Shown here piece by piece: positions 17,818 to 27,853 of a DNA stretch of 62,928 nucleotides. The notes beneath the pieces are model-generated. The model was not told the DNA's origin. It saw nothing but the letters and a program-made list of their open reading frames with translations, and did no database searches. Origin of the DNA: Patescibacteria group bacterium (lineage in GTDB: Bacteria > Chloroflexota > Limnocylindria > Limnocylindrales > CSP1-4); assembly GCA_035495215.1 (NCBI GenBank), contig DATJGH010000137.1:1-62928 (forward strand), given 5' to 3'. The position numbers and the translations under genes were made by a program. Position 1 is the stretch's first letter. Every line of letters begins with the position of its first letter.

Positions 17818-18786
17818 ATGCGCAGGCTCATCGCCGCATCGCTCGTGGTGCTCATCAGCGCCTGCTCGAGCCCCACGTCCGCGACCGCGCCCGCGACGGG
17901 GTCGGCCGAACCGTCGGGATCGCTCGCGCCCACCCTGGGCCCGAGTCCGTCCGCGGCGCCCAGCGCGGCCCCCAGCCCCAGCCTCGGCCCGTCACCGACC
18001 CCGGCGATCGGCACCCTGGACGTCCTCCCGCCCGGCGTCGCGGTCCAGGTCGCGGTCAAGGAGCTGAATCTCCGCGCCAGGGCATCGACCTCCGCCAGGC
18101 GCGTGAAGATCCTCAATCGCGGCGACGTGCTGGTCATCTCGCCGCTGGACAACATCTCGTTCGGGTATGGGCCCGTCAGGAAGAATGGCTACACGTGGTA
18201 TCCGGTGGTCGTGACCCCGTACCGGAACGGCACGCTGCCGGCGCTGCCCGCGGAGCCGGTCGATCTCCGCGGCGGTGAGCCGACGTGGGGGTGGGTGGCG
18301 GCCGACGATGGCGCGAACCCATTCTTGGCCATCCTCCAACCGCGGTGTCCTGTGACGGTGGACCTGGCGAGCGTGCAGGGCATGCTCCCCGCGGAGCGCC
18401 TGGCGTGCTTCGGCGAACCGATCGTGCTCGAAGGCACGTACGGCTGCGGCGGCTGCGGCGGCACCCTGACCGGGACCTTCAAGCCGGAATGGATCGCGTC
18501 GCCGCTGTCGTTCGGGTTCCTCTCGGCCAACGCCTCGGATCGGCTCGGCCCGCTCGCGCTCCGGTTCCCGCCGAAGGGCCCGGCCGAGCCGGCTGCCGGC
18601 ACGATCATCCGGGTCACCGTCCACGTCGACGATTCGCGGGCGACGAAGTGCACGATGTCGGAGCTGTCGGACTCGGGCACCCCCCTGCCCGTGGATGCCC
18701 GGACGGCCGTGTTCCAGTGCCGGGAGCAGCTGGTCGTCGAGTCCTACGACGCGCTGGGTGCCGATCCGAGCTTCCCGCTCGGCTGA
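17818..18786 (+). CDS. lipoprotein with a Pro/Ser/Ala linker and an SH3b-like segment
   Basis: Lipobox LISAC after MRRLIAASLVV. Low-complexity linker. NLRARASTSARRVKILNRGDVLVISP resembles bacterial SH3. Cys-rich GCGGCGG. Confidence 0.65.
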   Translation: MRRLIAASLVVLISACSSPTSATAPATGSAEPSGSLAPTLGPSPSAAPSAAPSPSLGPSPTPAIGTLDVLPPGVAVQVAVKELNLRARASTSARRVKILNRGDVLVISPLDNISFGYGPVRKNGYTWYPVVVTPYRNGTLPALPAEPVDLRGGEPTWGWVAADDGANPFLAILQPRCPVTVDLASVQGMLPAERLACFGEPIVLEGTYGCGGCGGTLTGTFKPEWIASPLSFGFLSANASDRLGPLALRFPPKGPAEPAAGTIIRVTVHVDDSRATKCTMSELSDSGTPLPVDARTAVFQCREQLVVESYDALGADPSFPLG

Positions 18787-18834
18787 CGCCCGGCCGGCCG
18801 ACCGGCGCATGCTAGATTCAGGTTCTATCCACTC

Positions 18835-18851
18835 TGCATAGATCCTATGCA
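18835..18851. promoter_or_regulatory. perfect 7-3-7 palindrome TGCATAG-ATC-CTATGCA in an AT-rich patch upstream of gabT
   Basis: Read directly. It lies 19-31 nt upstream of the candidate gabT starts (GTG 18870 / ATG 18882), next to TAGATT and TAGATC -10-like hexamers, in one of the few AT-rich spots of the window. Confidence 0.5.
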
Positions 18852-18869
18852 CTCGCCTCGAGGTGCCCG

Positions 18870-20252
18870 GTGGCCCAGACCATGTCCTCGCTCGACCGCG
18901 CGTCACGCCCGATCGGGGAGCGACCGCTGCCGGACCTGATCACCGAGATCCCCGGCCCCAGGGCCCGCGCGCACGTCAAGTTCGACGAGGAGTGGACCTC
19001 GCCGAGCCTGCCGCGCGCCTACCCGATCGTCCCCGTGCGCGGCGCCGGGATGGCCATCGAGGACATCGATGGCAACCTGTTCCTCGACTTCGCGGCAGGC
19101 ATCGCCGTCAACTCGACGGGTCACGCGCACCCGCAGGTCGTCGGCGCCATCAAGGAGCAGGCAAGCGAGCTCATCCACTACTCCGCGTCGGACTTCTACC
19201 TGCCCGTGTACGCCGAAGCGGCACGTGCACTGGCTCGGATCGCGCCGATGCGCGGCAAGCTCCGGACGTACCTGGGCAACTCGGGCACGGAGATGGTCGA
19301 GGCCGCGATCAAGCTCGCCCGTCATGCGACCGGCCGGCCGTACGTCGTCGGCTTCCTGGGCGGGTTCCACGGCCGGACCTATGGCGCGGTCTCGCTGACC
19401 GCCTCGAAGGCGAAATACCACGCCCGGTTCGGGCCGCTGCTCCCCGGCGTGTACCACGCGCCGTTCGGCAAGGTCGCGGACCTCGCCTGGTTCGACGAGG
19501 TCCTGTTCACCCACCTGGTCCTGCCGAACGAGGTCGCCGCGGTCATCGTCGAGCCGATCCAGGGCGAGGGCGGCTACATCGTCCCAGAGGACGGCTTCCT
19601 CGAGGGCCTCCGCGAGCTGTGCACGAAGCACGGCATCCTCCTCGTCGCCGACGAGATCCAGTCGGGCGCCGGGCGCACCGGGAAGATGTGGGCAGTCGAG
19701 CACTGGGGCGTCGAGCCGGACATCCTGCTCGTGGCCAAGGGCATCGCCTCGGGCATGCCGCTCGGCGCGATGGTCGCCCGGGCCGAGATCATGGAGGCCT
19801 GGGGCATCGGCGCCCACGGCTCGACCTACGGCGGTAATCCCGTCGCCTGCGCCGCCGCGCTCGCGACCATCGAGCTGCTCGAGGGCGGACTGACGGGGAA
19901 CGCCGCGGATCGCGGCGCGGAGCTGATCACCGGGCTGCGCGGGCTGATGCAGCGCTTTCCCAGGAGCGTCATCGACGTCCGCGGCAAGGGCCTCATGGTC
20001 GGCGTCGAGTTCGCCGACCCGAAGCTCGCCGAGGAGGTCCAGTGGGCCTGCTTCACCCACGGGTTGCTGGTGCTCGAATGCGGCAAGCAGACCGTTCGAC
20101 TCTGTCCGCCGCTCATCGCCTCGGCCGACGACATCCGGACGGCCGTGCGGATCTTCGGCGAGGCAGTCGAGGCGGTGGCGACGCACCCGTCGGAGATCGC
20201 CCGCCAGGCCGAAGCGGCCGGCGCGCTGCACGAGGGCGAGGTCGCCGGCTAG
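18870..20252 (+). CDS. gabT: class III aminotransferase, 4-aminobutyrate:2-oxoglutarate type
   Basis: 460 aa. DGNLFLDFAAGIAVNSTGH, NSGTEMVEAAIKLAR, DEIQSGAGRTGKMWA (PLP Lys context), STYGGNP. Confidence 0.88.
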   Translation: MAQTMSSLDRASRPIGERPLPDLITEIPGPRARAHVKFDEEWTSPSLPRAYPIVPVRGAGMAIEDIDGNLFLDFAAGIAVNSTGHAHPQVVGAIKEQASELIHYSASDFYLPVYAEAARALARIAPMRGKLRTYLGNSGTEMVEAAIKLARHATGRPYVVGFLGGFHGRTYGAVSLTASKAKYHARFGPLLPGVYHAPFGKVADLAWFDEVLFTHLVLPNEVAAVIVEPIQGEGGYIVPEDGFLEGLRELCTKHGILLVADEIQSGAGRTGKMWAVEHWGVEPDILLVAKGIASGMPLGAMVARAEIMEAWGIGAHGSTYGGNPVACAAALATIELLEGGLTGNAADRGAELITGLRGLMQRFPRSVIDVRGKGLMVGVEFADPKLAEEVQWACFTHGLLVLECGKQTVRLCPPLIASADDIRTAVRIFGEAVEAVATHPSEIARQAEAAGALHEGEVAG

Positions 20253-20393
20253 GGACCCCCGGTCGACCGGCCAGCTCGCGAGCGCCCGCTCCAGCCTTCT
20301 GAGGGCGCGCCACGTCGTTCTGCCCGTCGAATGGCCCGTTCTGACCGGGCGACCGACCCGCGTGATCCTCCACAATGCACAGGGAGGGAAACC

Positions 20394-20900
20394 ATGCACA
20401 CCACAAGACTGGCAAGCGCGCTCGCAATCACTTCAATCCTGCTCGCCGCGTGTGGCGGCGGCTCGGCGGCGACCCAGCAGCCGCCCGGCGCGACCACGTC
20501 GACCGGAGGCGGCGGCGGATCCGCCACCGAGGTGCCCGCGGACACACAGGCCGCGGAGGCTACGAGCGGCGGTGGCGGCGGTGGCGGCGGTGGCAGTGCC
20601 GATGTCGAGGCCGTTGCGAACCAGCTCGTTCCGCCGAACTCCACGGAGATCAGCAAGACCACTGCCCAGGACACGTGGTTCGTGATCTACGAGTCGACCG
20701 ACTCCGTCGATTCGCTGAAGAACTTCTACGCGGATGCGATCGTCAGGGCCGGGCAGAAGATCTTCTCGACCACGACCATCCAGGGTGGCGTGTCCTACGT
20801 CTTCGCGAAGGATGACAGCGGCGGCTTCGGCGGCTCGGTGAACATCTACCCCAGCGGGGACGGCAAGACCGCGGTGCAGGTCACGGTCGCCAAGACCTGA
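20394..20900 (+). CDS. lipoprotein with poly-Gly linker
   Basis: AGGGAGGG RBS. Lipobox LLAAC. Runs of G5 and G9. Globular C-terminal ~100 aa. Trimmed from track ORF 20331-20900. Confidence 0.72.
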   Translation: MHTTRLASALAITSILLAACGGGSAATQQPPGATTSTGGGGGSATEVPADTQAAEATSGGGGGGGGGSADVEAVANQLVPPNSTEISKTTAQDTWFVIYESTDSVDSLKNFYADAIVRAGQKIFSTTTIQGGVSYVFAKDDSGGFGGSVNIYPSGDGKTAVQVTVAKT

Positions 20901-20964
20901 CGCCGGGGCGCGCGCGGGCACGCACCACGCGCCGGCGGAGTCCTGGCGCCCGGCGACGTGACCG

Positions 20965-23900
20965 CTAGAGCTCGTCGTCCGGCTGATCGCGAAGCAGGGG
21001 CAGCAGCACGCTGAAGGTCGTGCCCACGCCCAGCCGGCTCTCGACGCTGATCTCGCCGGCGTGCTCCTCGACGATGTGGCGGGTCCCCGCCAGGCCGACG
21101 CCCGTCCCGCTGATCGAGCGGGTCACGTTGCTGCCGCGGAAGTAGGGCTCGAAGACCCGGTCGAGCTCACCCGGAGGGATGCCGATCCCACTGTCGCGCA
21201 CCGAGAACAATGCCCACGGTGCGCCCTCGCGCTCCACGTTGGCGGTCCGGATCACGATCTCGCCGCCCTTGGGGCTGTATTTGACCGCGTTCGACAGCAG
21301 GTTCGCCATGACCCGCTCGATGCGCGCCTCGTCCCAGTCGCCGACGAGGCGCTTGACCTCCGATTCAACCTCGATCGTGTGCCGCGGGCTCATGTTCCGG
21401 TACTCGACCGCGAGCCGGTTCGCGAGCTTGACCAGGTCCGCTGGGCCGAGATCGAGCTCGATGGCCTGACCCATCCGCCAGCGGGTGATGTCGAGGAGCT
21501 CGTCGACGAGCCGGACGAGCTGGATCGTGCTCTCGTCGATCGAGGTCAGACCCTCGACGACCGTCGACGTCGGCACCGTCTCGGAACGTGCCAGGGCCCG
21601 GTGCAGCAGGTTCGCGCGGCCCTTGATGATCGTCGCCGGCGTCTTGAGGTCGTGCGACACGGCCGCCAGGAACTCGTCCTTCTGGCGCTCGAGGTCGCGC
21701 AGCGGGGTGATGTCCTGGAACACCGCCACGCCGCCCGCGGGACCGCCCGACCCGTCGCTGAGGGGCGCGCTGTTGACCAGGATCGGCACGTCCCGGCCGG
21801 CGACGTCGTTCGCGACCACGAGCTGCTCGCCGAGGACGACCTCGCCGTCGAACACGGCTCGCGCGAGGGGTGTGCTCGTGGGGTCGCACGGCGTGCCATC
21901 GAGTCGCCGCGTCCGGCCCGCCGACTCGTCGTGGACCGTCTGCGGAACCGTACCCATGATCCGTTCCGCGGCCGCGTTCCGGAGGTAGACGCGGCCCGCG
22001 GCGTCCGAGATGAGGATGCCCTCGGGCATCACGTCGACGACCTGGCGAAGTCGGGCCAGGCCGGTCTCGGCCTCGGCGCGCGCGGCCTGCTCGCGGAGGA
22101 GCTGCTCGCTGCGCAGGCTCGCATCGATCGAGTTGAGGGCGATCCCGACGACCTCGGCCAGCTGGTCGAGGAACGTCAGGTGGATGTCGGCGAAGCCCTT
22201 GAACGAAGCCAGCTCGAGCACCGCCCGCGTCGAATCCTCGATCAGGACCGGGACGAGCACCAGCGACAGCGGTGGCGCGCTGCCGAGCCCGGACGTGATC
22301 GCGATGTAGCTGCCGGGCACGTCGGTCATCAGGATTCGCTGCCGGTCGCGTGCGCACTGGCCCACGAGCCCGACCGCCAGGGCCATCTCGTCCATGTGCT
22401 CCGGCGCCGCGTACGCGGCGGCGGCCGCAAAGCGTTCGCCGTCGTCGCGACGATCGATCACGTACAGCACGCCGTGCTGCACCCCGATGAGCGGCGCGAG
22501 CTCGGTGAGGACCAGGCGTCCGACGGTCGAGGGATTGCGCTGACCCTGGAGCAGGCGGCTGAGACGGGCGAGATTCGATTTGAGCCAGTCCTGCTCCTCG
22601 TTCTCCCGCGTCGTCTCGCGCAGCTTCCGGATCATCTCGTTGACGTCGTCCTTGAGGATGCCGACCTCGCCGGCCGCCTCGACCGAGATCGACCGGGTGA
22701 GGTCGCCGCGCGTGACCGCCGTCGCGACCTCGCCGATCGCTCGAACCTGCGTGGTGAGGTTCGCGGCCAGCCGGTTGACGTTCTCGGTCAGGTGGCGCCA
22801 CGTTCCGGCAACGCCCGGCACTTCCGCCTGGCCGCCGAGCTTGCCGTCGATGCCCACCTCGCGTGCGACGCGCGACACCTCTGAGGCGAACGCGTTGAGC
22901 TGGTCGACCATCGTGTTGATCGTGTCCTTGAGCTCGAGGATCTCGCCCCGGACGTCGACGGTGATCTTCTTGGACAGGTCGCCCTGGGCGACGGCGGTCG
23001 TGACCTCGGCGATGTTGCGCACCTGGGCGGTGAGGTTGCGGGCCATCGAGTTGACGTTGTCCGTGAGGTCCTTCCACGTCCCGCCCACGCCCTGGACGTC
23101 GGCCTGACCGCCGAGCCGACCCTCCGTCCCCACCTCGCGGGCGACGCGGGTGACCTCGGAGGCGAACGCGTTGAGCTGCTCGACCATGGTGTTGACGGTG
23201 CTCTTCAGCTCCGCGATCTCGCCCTCGGCCTCGACGGTGATCTTGCGGGACAGATCGCCCTGGGCGACGGCGGTCGTGACGTCGGCGATGTTGCGGACCT
23301 GGTCGGTCAGGTTGCGCGCCATGAAGTTGACGTTCTCGGTGAGGTCCTTCCAGGTCCCGTCGACGCCCTGGACGTCGGCCTGGCCGCCGAGCCGGCCCTC
23401 CGTGCCCACCTCCCGGGCCACCCGGGTGACCTCGGAGGCGAAGGCGTTGAGCTGGTCGACCATGGTGTTGATCGTGTCCTTCAGCTCGAGGATCTCGCCT
23501 CTGACGTCGACGGTGATCTTCTTCGACAGGTCGCCCTTGGCCACCGCCGTCGTGACCTCGGCAATGTTGCGCACCTGGGCGGTGAGGTTGCCCGCCATCG
23601 AGTTGACCGAGTCGGTCAGGTCCTTCCACGTGCCCGCCACACCGGGCACCTCGGCCTGGCCGCCGAGCTTGCCTTCGGTGCCCACCTCGCGGGCGACGCG
23701 CGTGACCTCGGAGGCGAACGCGTTGAGCTGCTTGACCATCGTGTTGACGACCTCGCGGGATCGACGGAACTCGCCGCGCAGCGGGCGGCCATCGAGCTCG
23801 AGAGCGAGGCGCTGGTCCAGCTCGCCCCTGGCGACCGCGTCCAGGACCCGGCTGACCTCGAGGGTTGGGGCGGTCACGTCGTCGAGGAGCTGGTTGACGG

Positions 23901-24288
23901 CGCCGAGCATCACCGCCCAGTCGCCGCCGAGGTTCCCGGTCGAGGCGCGCTCGCGGATGCGCCCGGCGCGCCCGACGGCGCGCTGGATCCGACGCAGCTC
24001 GCGGACCGCCCGCTGGTTGGCCTCGACGATGTCGTTGAACGCCATCGCCACGTCCGGCGAGACCCCGCCATCGCCGATGGGGAGGCGAACGTCGAAGTCC
24101 CCAGCCCGGACGGCACGGAGGGCGGCCAGAAGGTGGCGCTGGGCCTCGTCGGACGGCGCGGCGACGTCGGGCGGCGGGGGCGTGCCGCCGGCCAGGGCCT
24201 GGGCGACGGTGGCGTCGGCGAGAACCTCATCGAGTGAGGTCACGCGGGCGGGTGCGACGGCCATCTCCGTTCCATGCAGGGCAGCCAT
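20965..24288 (-). CDS. soluble poly-HAMP / GAF / PAS sensor histidine kinase
   Basis: No TM segment. Four 92-aa double-HAMP units, then a GAF-like region, PAS, HisKA ([12 protein letters not shown]) and HATPase_c ([21 protein letters not shown]). The start is uncertain (Met codons at 24372, 24288, 24264); the 24492 start would collide with the divergent gene. Confidence 0.9.
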   Translation of the reverse strand: MAALHGTEMAVAPARVTSLDEVLADATVAQALAGGTPPPPDVAAPSDEAQRHLLAALRAVRAGDFDVRLPIGDGGVSPDVAMAFNDIVEANQRAVRELRRIQRAVGRAGRIRERASTGNLGGDWAVMLGAVNQLLDDVTAPTLEVSRVLDAVARGELDQRLALELDGRPLRGEFRRSREVVNTMVKQLNAFASEVTRVAREVGTEGKLGGQAEVPGVAGTWKDLTDSVNSMAGNLTAQVRNIAEVTTAVAKGDLSKKITVDVRGEILELKDTINTMVDQLNAFASEVTRVAREVGTEGRLGGQADVQGVDGTWKDLTENVNFMARNLTDQVRNIADVTTAVAQGDLSRKITVEAEGEIAELKSTVNTMVEQLNAFASEVTRVAREVGTEGRLGGQADVQGVGGTWKDLTDNVNSMARNLTAQVRNIAEVTTAVAQGDLSKKITVDVRGEILELKDTINTMVDQLNAFASEVSRVAREVGIDGKLGGQAEVPGVAGTWRHLTENVNRLAANLTTQVRAIGEVATAVTRGDLTRSISVEAAGEVGILKDDVNEMIRKLRETTRENEEQDWLKSNLARLSRLLQGQRNPSTVGRLVLTELAPLIGVQHGVLYVIDRRDDGERFAAAAAYAAPEHMDEMALAVGLVGQCARDRQRILMTDVPGSYIAITSGLGSAPPLSLVLVPVLIEDSTRAVLELASFKGFADIHLTFLDQLAEVVGIALNSIDASLRSEQLLREQAARAEAETGLARLRQVVDVMPEGILISDAAGRVYLRNAAAERIMGTVPQTVHDESAGRTRRLDGTPCDPTSTPLARAVFDGEVVLGEQLVVANDVAGRDVPILVNSAPLSDGSGGPAGGVAVFQDITPLRDLERQKDEFLAAVSHDLKTPATIIKGRANLLHRALARSETVPTSTVVEGLTSIDESTIQLVRLVDELLDITRWRMGQAIELDLGPADLVKLANRLAVEYRNMSPRHTIEVESEVKRLVGDWDEARIERVMANLLSNAVKYSPKGGEIVIRTANVEREGAPWALFSVRDSGIGIPPGELDRVFEPYFRGSNVTRSISGTGVGLAGTRHIVEEHAGEISVESRLGVGTTFSVLLPLLRDQPDDEL
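22624..23727 (-). repeat. four tandem 276-bp (92-codon) coding repeats (double-HAMP units)
   Basis: Units begin LNAFASEV(T/S)RVAREVG. Units 1 and 3 are near-identical at the protein level (..[28 protein letters not shown] in both). Confidence 0.85.
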
Positions 24289-24491
24289 GGGCAGACCACC
24301 CGGTTCGGGAACTGTCGTATAGCCGCCCGCGCGGGGTAATGCACCGGCCGTTGCAATCCCGGCCCGCGACATTGCGCCTGCGCTGCGGTGAATCCAGGCA
24401 CCAGCCAAGCGCCCGCCGTCCCGGCGCCGGGCAAGCCCGGCTCCGCCGACCACAGTGCACGGCGCCGATCGCTCATCGCGATACTTGGTCA

Positions 24492-25448
24492 ATGCCCGCC
24501 TCGAAGGTCGCCTCGATGCACGACGCGGTCGCGGAGCTCGTCCGGGACGGGGACACGGTCGCGATCGAGGGCTTCACGCATCTCATCAGCTTCGCCGCGG
24601 GTCACGAGATCATCCGCCAGCGCCGGCGCGACCTCACCCTCGCCCGGCTGACGCCCGACCTCATCTACGACCAGATGATCGCCGCGGGCGTCGCCCGCAA
24701 GCTGATCTTCTCGTGGCTCGGCAACCCCGGCGTCGGGGGACTCGGCGCGATCCGGCGACGGACCGAGGCCGCGACGAGCGCGCGACCCGGCGATCCGGAC
24801 GACGAGGGCAAGCTGCCCCGCCTCGAGCTCGAGGAGTACAGCCACTTCGGCATGGTCGGGCGGTACACGGCAGGCGCCGCGAATCTGCCCTTCTACCCGC
24901 TCCGATCGTACTTCGAGACCGACCTGCCCAAGGCGAACCCGCTGATCCGCGAGGTCCAGTCGCCGTACGGCGACGGGGTGGTCTACGCCGTGCCGCCGCT
25001 GAAGCCGGACGTGACGATCGTCCACGCCCAGCGGGCCGACGCGACGGGCAACACCCAGGTGTGGGGCCTGCTCGGCTGCCAGAAGGAGGCGGCCTTCGCC
25101 GCTGAGCGCGTCATCGTGGTCGTCGAGGAGCTGGTCGACGAGGCCGTCATCCGGGCTGATCCGAACCGCACGATCATCCCGGGCCTGATCGTCGACGCCG
25201 TGGTGGTCGAGCCATACGGGGCGCACCCCTCCTATGTCCAGGGCGCCTACGACCGCGACAACCGCTTCTACCTGGACTGGGACGCGATCACCAAGGATGA
25301 GGACGCACTCCAGGCCTGGCTGCGGAAGTGGGTCTACGGCCTCGATGGCAGGGCCGCGTATGTCGAGAAGCTGGGGGCCGAGCGGATCGCGGCACTCAAG
25401 CCCGGCTCGGCGCCGTCCGGCTCAGTCGACTATGGATCGTACCCATGA
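24492..25448 (+). CDS. family I CoA-transferase, subunit A (glutaconate/3-oxoacid type)
   Basis: Real part of track ORF 24234-25448. MHDAVAELVRDGDTVAIEGF start typical of subunit A. 318 aa. Confidence 0.82.
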   Translation: MPASKVASMHDAVAELVRDGDTVAIEGFTHLISFAAGHEIIRQRRRDLTLARLTPDLIYDQMIAAGVARKLIFSWLGNPGVGGLGAIRRRTEAATSARPGDPDDEGKLPRLELEEYSHFGMVGRYTAGAANLPFYPLRSYFETDLPKANPLIREVQSPYGDGVVYAVPPLKPDVTIVHAQRADATGNTQVWGLLGCQKEAAFAAERVIVVVEELVDEAVIRADPNRTIIPGLIVDAVVVEPYGAHPSYVQGAYDRDNRFYLDWDAITKDEDALQAWLRKWVYGLDGRAAYVEKLGAERIAALKPGSAPSGSVDYGSYP

Positions 25449-25542
25449 GCCCGCGAGCGGAGTTCCCGGGGATGACCTTGCGGCGCGACGTTCGTGGGTT
25501 CGAGCGAGGCTCGAGCGGTCCGCGGCGCGTCGCGGGGGGTCT

Positions 25543-25775
25543 GTTGCCTGTGAGTCACGAAATCAACGGTCAGGCGGCGGGTTCAGGCTCGCGGGCTGGC
25601 CAGGGCCGCGGATGTTGCCTGTGAGGCACGAGATCGACGGTGAAGGGGCGGTTTCAGGCTCGCGGGCTGGCCAGGGCCGCGGAATGTTGCCTGTGAGTCA
25701 CGAAATCAACGATCAGGCGGCGGGTTCAGGCTCGCGGGCTGGCCAGGGCCGCGGAATGTTGCCTGTGGGTCACGC
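25543..25775 (+). repeat. 71/72-bp tandem repeat, 3 full copies plus a partial fourth, between the two CoA-transferase subunit genes
   Basis: Units start at 25543, 25614, 25686 and 25758 with GTTGCCTGTGAG. Units 1 and 3 differ by a single substitution plus the 1-nt length difference; unit 2 differs at about 10 positions. Each carries the GTGAGTCAC near-palindrome and CGCGG..TGGCCA..CCGCG. Confidence 0.9.
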
Positions 25776-25859
25776 GCTCCGGTTGCGCCAACCGATTCCG
25801 GCGTTGCGCGACGAGGATCGCCCCGCAATCGTGCCGGGCAGTCAACGCTCCAGCGCCGG

Positions 25860-26666
25860 ATGGCGGCCGTGTCGCCGGCGATGAGCAACCCTGAGTCCGC
25901 CTTCTCCAAGTCCGAGATGATGATCGTGGCCGCCGCTCGCGAGCTGGCCGGGCAGCGCGTGTGCTTCGTCGGGGTGGGCCTGCCGAACATCGCGGTCAAT
26001 CTCGCGCAGCGGACCGTTGCGCCGGACCTCGAGCTCGTCTACGAGGCAGGCGTGTTCGGGGCGAAACCCGCCCGCCTGCCCCTGAGCATCGGCGACCCGA
26101 CGATCGTCACCGGCGCGACCGCCGTGACGAGCATGTACGAGCTGTTCAGCTTCTACCTGCAGGGCGGGCTGATCGATGTCGGCTTCCTCGGCGCGGCGCA
26201 GATCGACAAGTTCGGCAACATCAACACCACGGTGATCGGCGAGTACGACGCACCCACCACGCGCCTTCCCGGCAGCGGCGGCGCGTGCGAGATCGCGATC
26301 AATGCGCGCCAGGTCTTCGTGATCATGCGGCAGTCAACGCGGTCATTCGTGGAAGACATCGACTTCCGGACGTCAGCCGGCAATCTCGGCGGCGCCGCGG
26401 ACTCGGAGCGGATCCGACGCGCGCAGGGCTGGAACGGACGCGGGCCGTCCGTGGTGGTCACCGACCTCGCGATCTGGCACTTCGACGAGACCGGCGAGAT
26501 GCGCGTCGACAGCCTCCACCCGGGCGTGACGCTGGACGACGTGCGGGCCGCGACCGGGTGGTCGCCGAAGGTCGCGGCCACGGTCGCGACGACACCGCCA
26601 CCCTCCGAGGTCGAGCTCGGACTCATCCGCGACGAGCTCGACCCCGGCGGCGCCTACACGCGCTAG
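25860..26666 (+). CDS. family I CoA-transferase, subunit B
   Basis: 268 aa. MIVAAARELAGQRVCFVGVGLPN and GAAQIDKFGNINTTVIG..LPGSGGACE typical of B subunits. ATG 25881 is an alternative start. Confidence 0.82.
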   Translation: MAAVSPAMSNPESAFSKSEMMIVAAARELAGQRVCFVGVGLPNIAVNLAQRTVAPDLELVYEAGVFGAKPARLPLSIGDPTIVTGATAVTSMYELFSFYLQGGLIDVGFLGAAQIDKFGNINTTVIGEYDAPTTRLPGSGGACEIAINARQVFVIMRQSTRSFVEDIDFRTSAGNLGGAADSERIRRAQGWNGRGPSVVVTDLAIWHFDETGEMRVDSLHPGVTLDDVRAATGWSPKVAATVATTPPPSEVELGLIRDELDPGGAYTR

Positions 26667-26678
26667 CCCGGACAGCAA

Positions 26679-26730
26679 GAAGCGCGCCGCCGTCCGGCGA
26701 CGCGCTTCGGATCGTCAGCGGCTGACGATC
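26679..26730. terminator. two consecutive GC-rich hairpins between convergent genes
   Basis: GAAGCGCGCCGCC-GTCC-GGCGACGCGCTTC (26679-26708, 12/13 paired), then GATCGTCAG-CGG-CTGACGATC (26710-26730, 9-bp perfect stem). Confidence 0.6.
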
Positions 26731-26736
26731 AGCGGT

Positions 26737-26862
26737 TCAGGCAGGTGTTCCTTCGTCGGTCGCTTCCGGCTCGATCTCGCCGGACCGGGTCATGGCCGTC
26801 GCCACGCCGATCACGAGCATCGCCGCCATGAGCGCGAACAGTACGAACAGGAGCTTCTTCAT
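26737..26862 (-). CDS. 41-aa single-TM small protein
   Basis: MKKLLFVLFALMAAMLVIGVATAM.. GGGAGGG RBS 6 nt upstream of the ATG at 26862. The rest of track ORF 26737-27102 is discounted. Confidence 0.55.
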   Translation of the reverse strand: MKKLLFVLFALMAAMLVIGVATAMTRSGEIEPEATDEGTPA

Positions 26863-27026
26863 GGGTCGCCCTCCCAGGCCGTGAAATGGTGTCGACGCCA
26901 AGGCTAGCCCATGCCATCGGGGACCGCTCTGGCCGAGCCTCCATGGGAACGAAAGAGACCCGACCCTCTTGCGAAGGTCGGGTCTCGGAGCGCCGGGAGG
27001 GAGCAGGGCGCTCCCTCCGTGAGCGA

Positions 27027-27725
27027 TCAGGCCGGGGTCGGGGCGACCGTCGGCTGGAAGGAGGGCTTGACGGCCGGCTCCTTGAGCGTCTGGGCGACCC
27101 ACACGAGGCCGAAGCCCGCGATCAGGGCGAAGATCCCCATGCCTGCGAAGAGGCCGGCGATTCCGAAGCCGAGCTGCAGGGCCGTGGCCGTGGCCGTCCC
27201 GACACCGAGGTTCGAGATGAGCGCCAGGCCCGTGCCGGTCCAGGCCTGATCGCGGGCCTTGCCCTCGATCGGGTTGGCGCGGTTGAACTGGCTGAAGTAG
27301 CGGCCGTCGACGTTGAACTCGTACGTGCCGGCCTTGAAGACCGTGCCGTCAGCGGCAGTCACATCCTCCGGCAGGACGACGGTCTGCGTCCCGCTCAGGA
27401 TGTGGTGGCTGATGGTCGCCATCTGGAACATGAACTCGGTGGCCGTGTTCACGACCGGGTCATTGGGGTTCAGGTCGGCCGTGTTGACCGGGTACTTCCA
27501 GTCGTCGCGGAGGAGCGACATGATCGTCTGCGCCGCGGCGGGGTCGCCGCGGTCGACGAGCTGGCCCTGGTCGTTGTAGCTGAGCTTGACGTTCTGGGCC
27601 GCGCTCAGGGCGTTGAGGCTCTGGTAGCCCTCGTAGGTCTTGGCAAACACGAATGCTCCGCCCGCCATGAACACGATGCCCATGAGGGCGAGCACGATGC
27701 CGAGTCCACGCATCCGTCCGTACAT
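27027..27725 (-). CDS. bitopic membrane protein of unknown function (N- and C-terminal TM, ~150-aa external domain)
   Basis: 232 aa with normal, non-Arg-rich composition. AGGGAG RBS 6 nt upstream. TM segments GIVLALMGIVFMAGGAFVF and GIAGLFAGMGIFALIAGFGLVWV. Confidence 0.7.
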   Translation of the reverse strand: MYGRMRGLGIVLALMGIVFMAGGAFVFAKTYEGYQSLNALSAAQNVKLSYNDQGQLVDRGDPAAAQTIMSLLRDDWKYPVNTADLNPNDPVVNTATEFMFQMATISHHILSGTQTVVLPEDVTAADGTVFKAGTYEFNVDGRYFSQFNRANPIEGKARDQAWTGTGLALISNLGVGTATATALQLGFGIAGLFAGMGIFALIAGFGLVWVAQTLKEPAVKPSFQPTVAPTPA

Positions 27726-27853
27726 CGAAATCTCCCTTCAACCTTGGTGTTGCCTGTGGATCTGCTGATCAAACTGTCGCAATCGCGGGTGGGTCCGGGA
27801 CGCTGCCAGACGGACCGATCACGGGGCGGGGTGGCACGGTCGGGGCGGGCCAT

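Noticed and set aside
24289-24492. Extension of the poly-HAMP kinase to the ATG at 24492 (the 1175-aa version)
   Set aside because: That start would coincide with the first base of the divergent CoA-transferase gene, and the first ~68 residues are Arg/Gly-rich with no domain. An internal Met (24288 or nearby) is more plausible.
25543-25775. Possible CRISPR array
   Set aside because: The repeats are directly abutting with no spacers, the unit is 72 bp, and no cas genes are in the window.
25234-25884. 216-aa ORF spanning the 72-bp tandem repeat, giving repeated MLPVSHEIN(D/G)QAAGSGSRAGQGRG peptides
   Set aside because: The first unit is 71 nt, so the repeated peptide is produced from two different frames (see also ORF 25328-25624). 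There is no RBS, and it overlaps the end of the subunit A gene. It is more likely a non-coding repeat.
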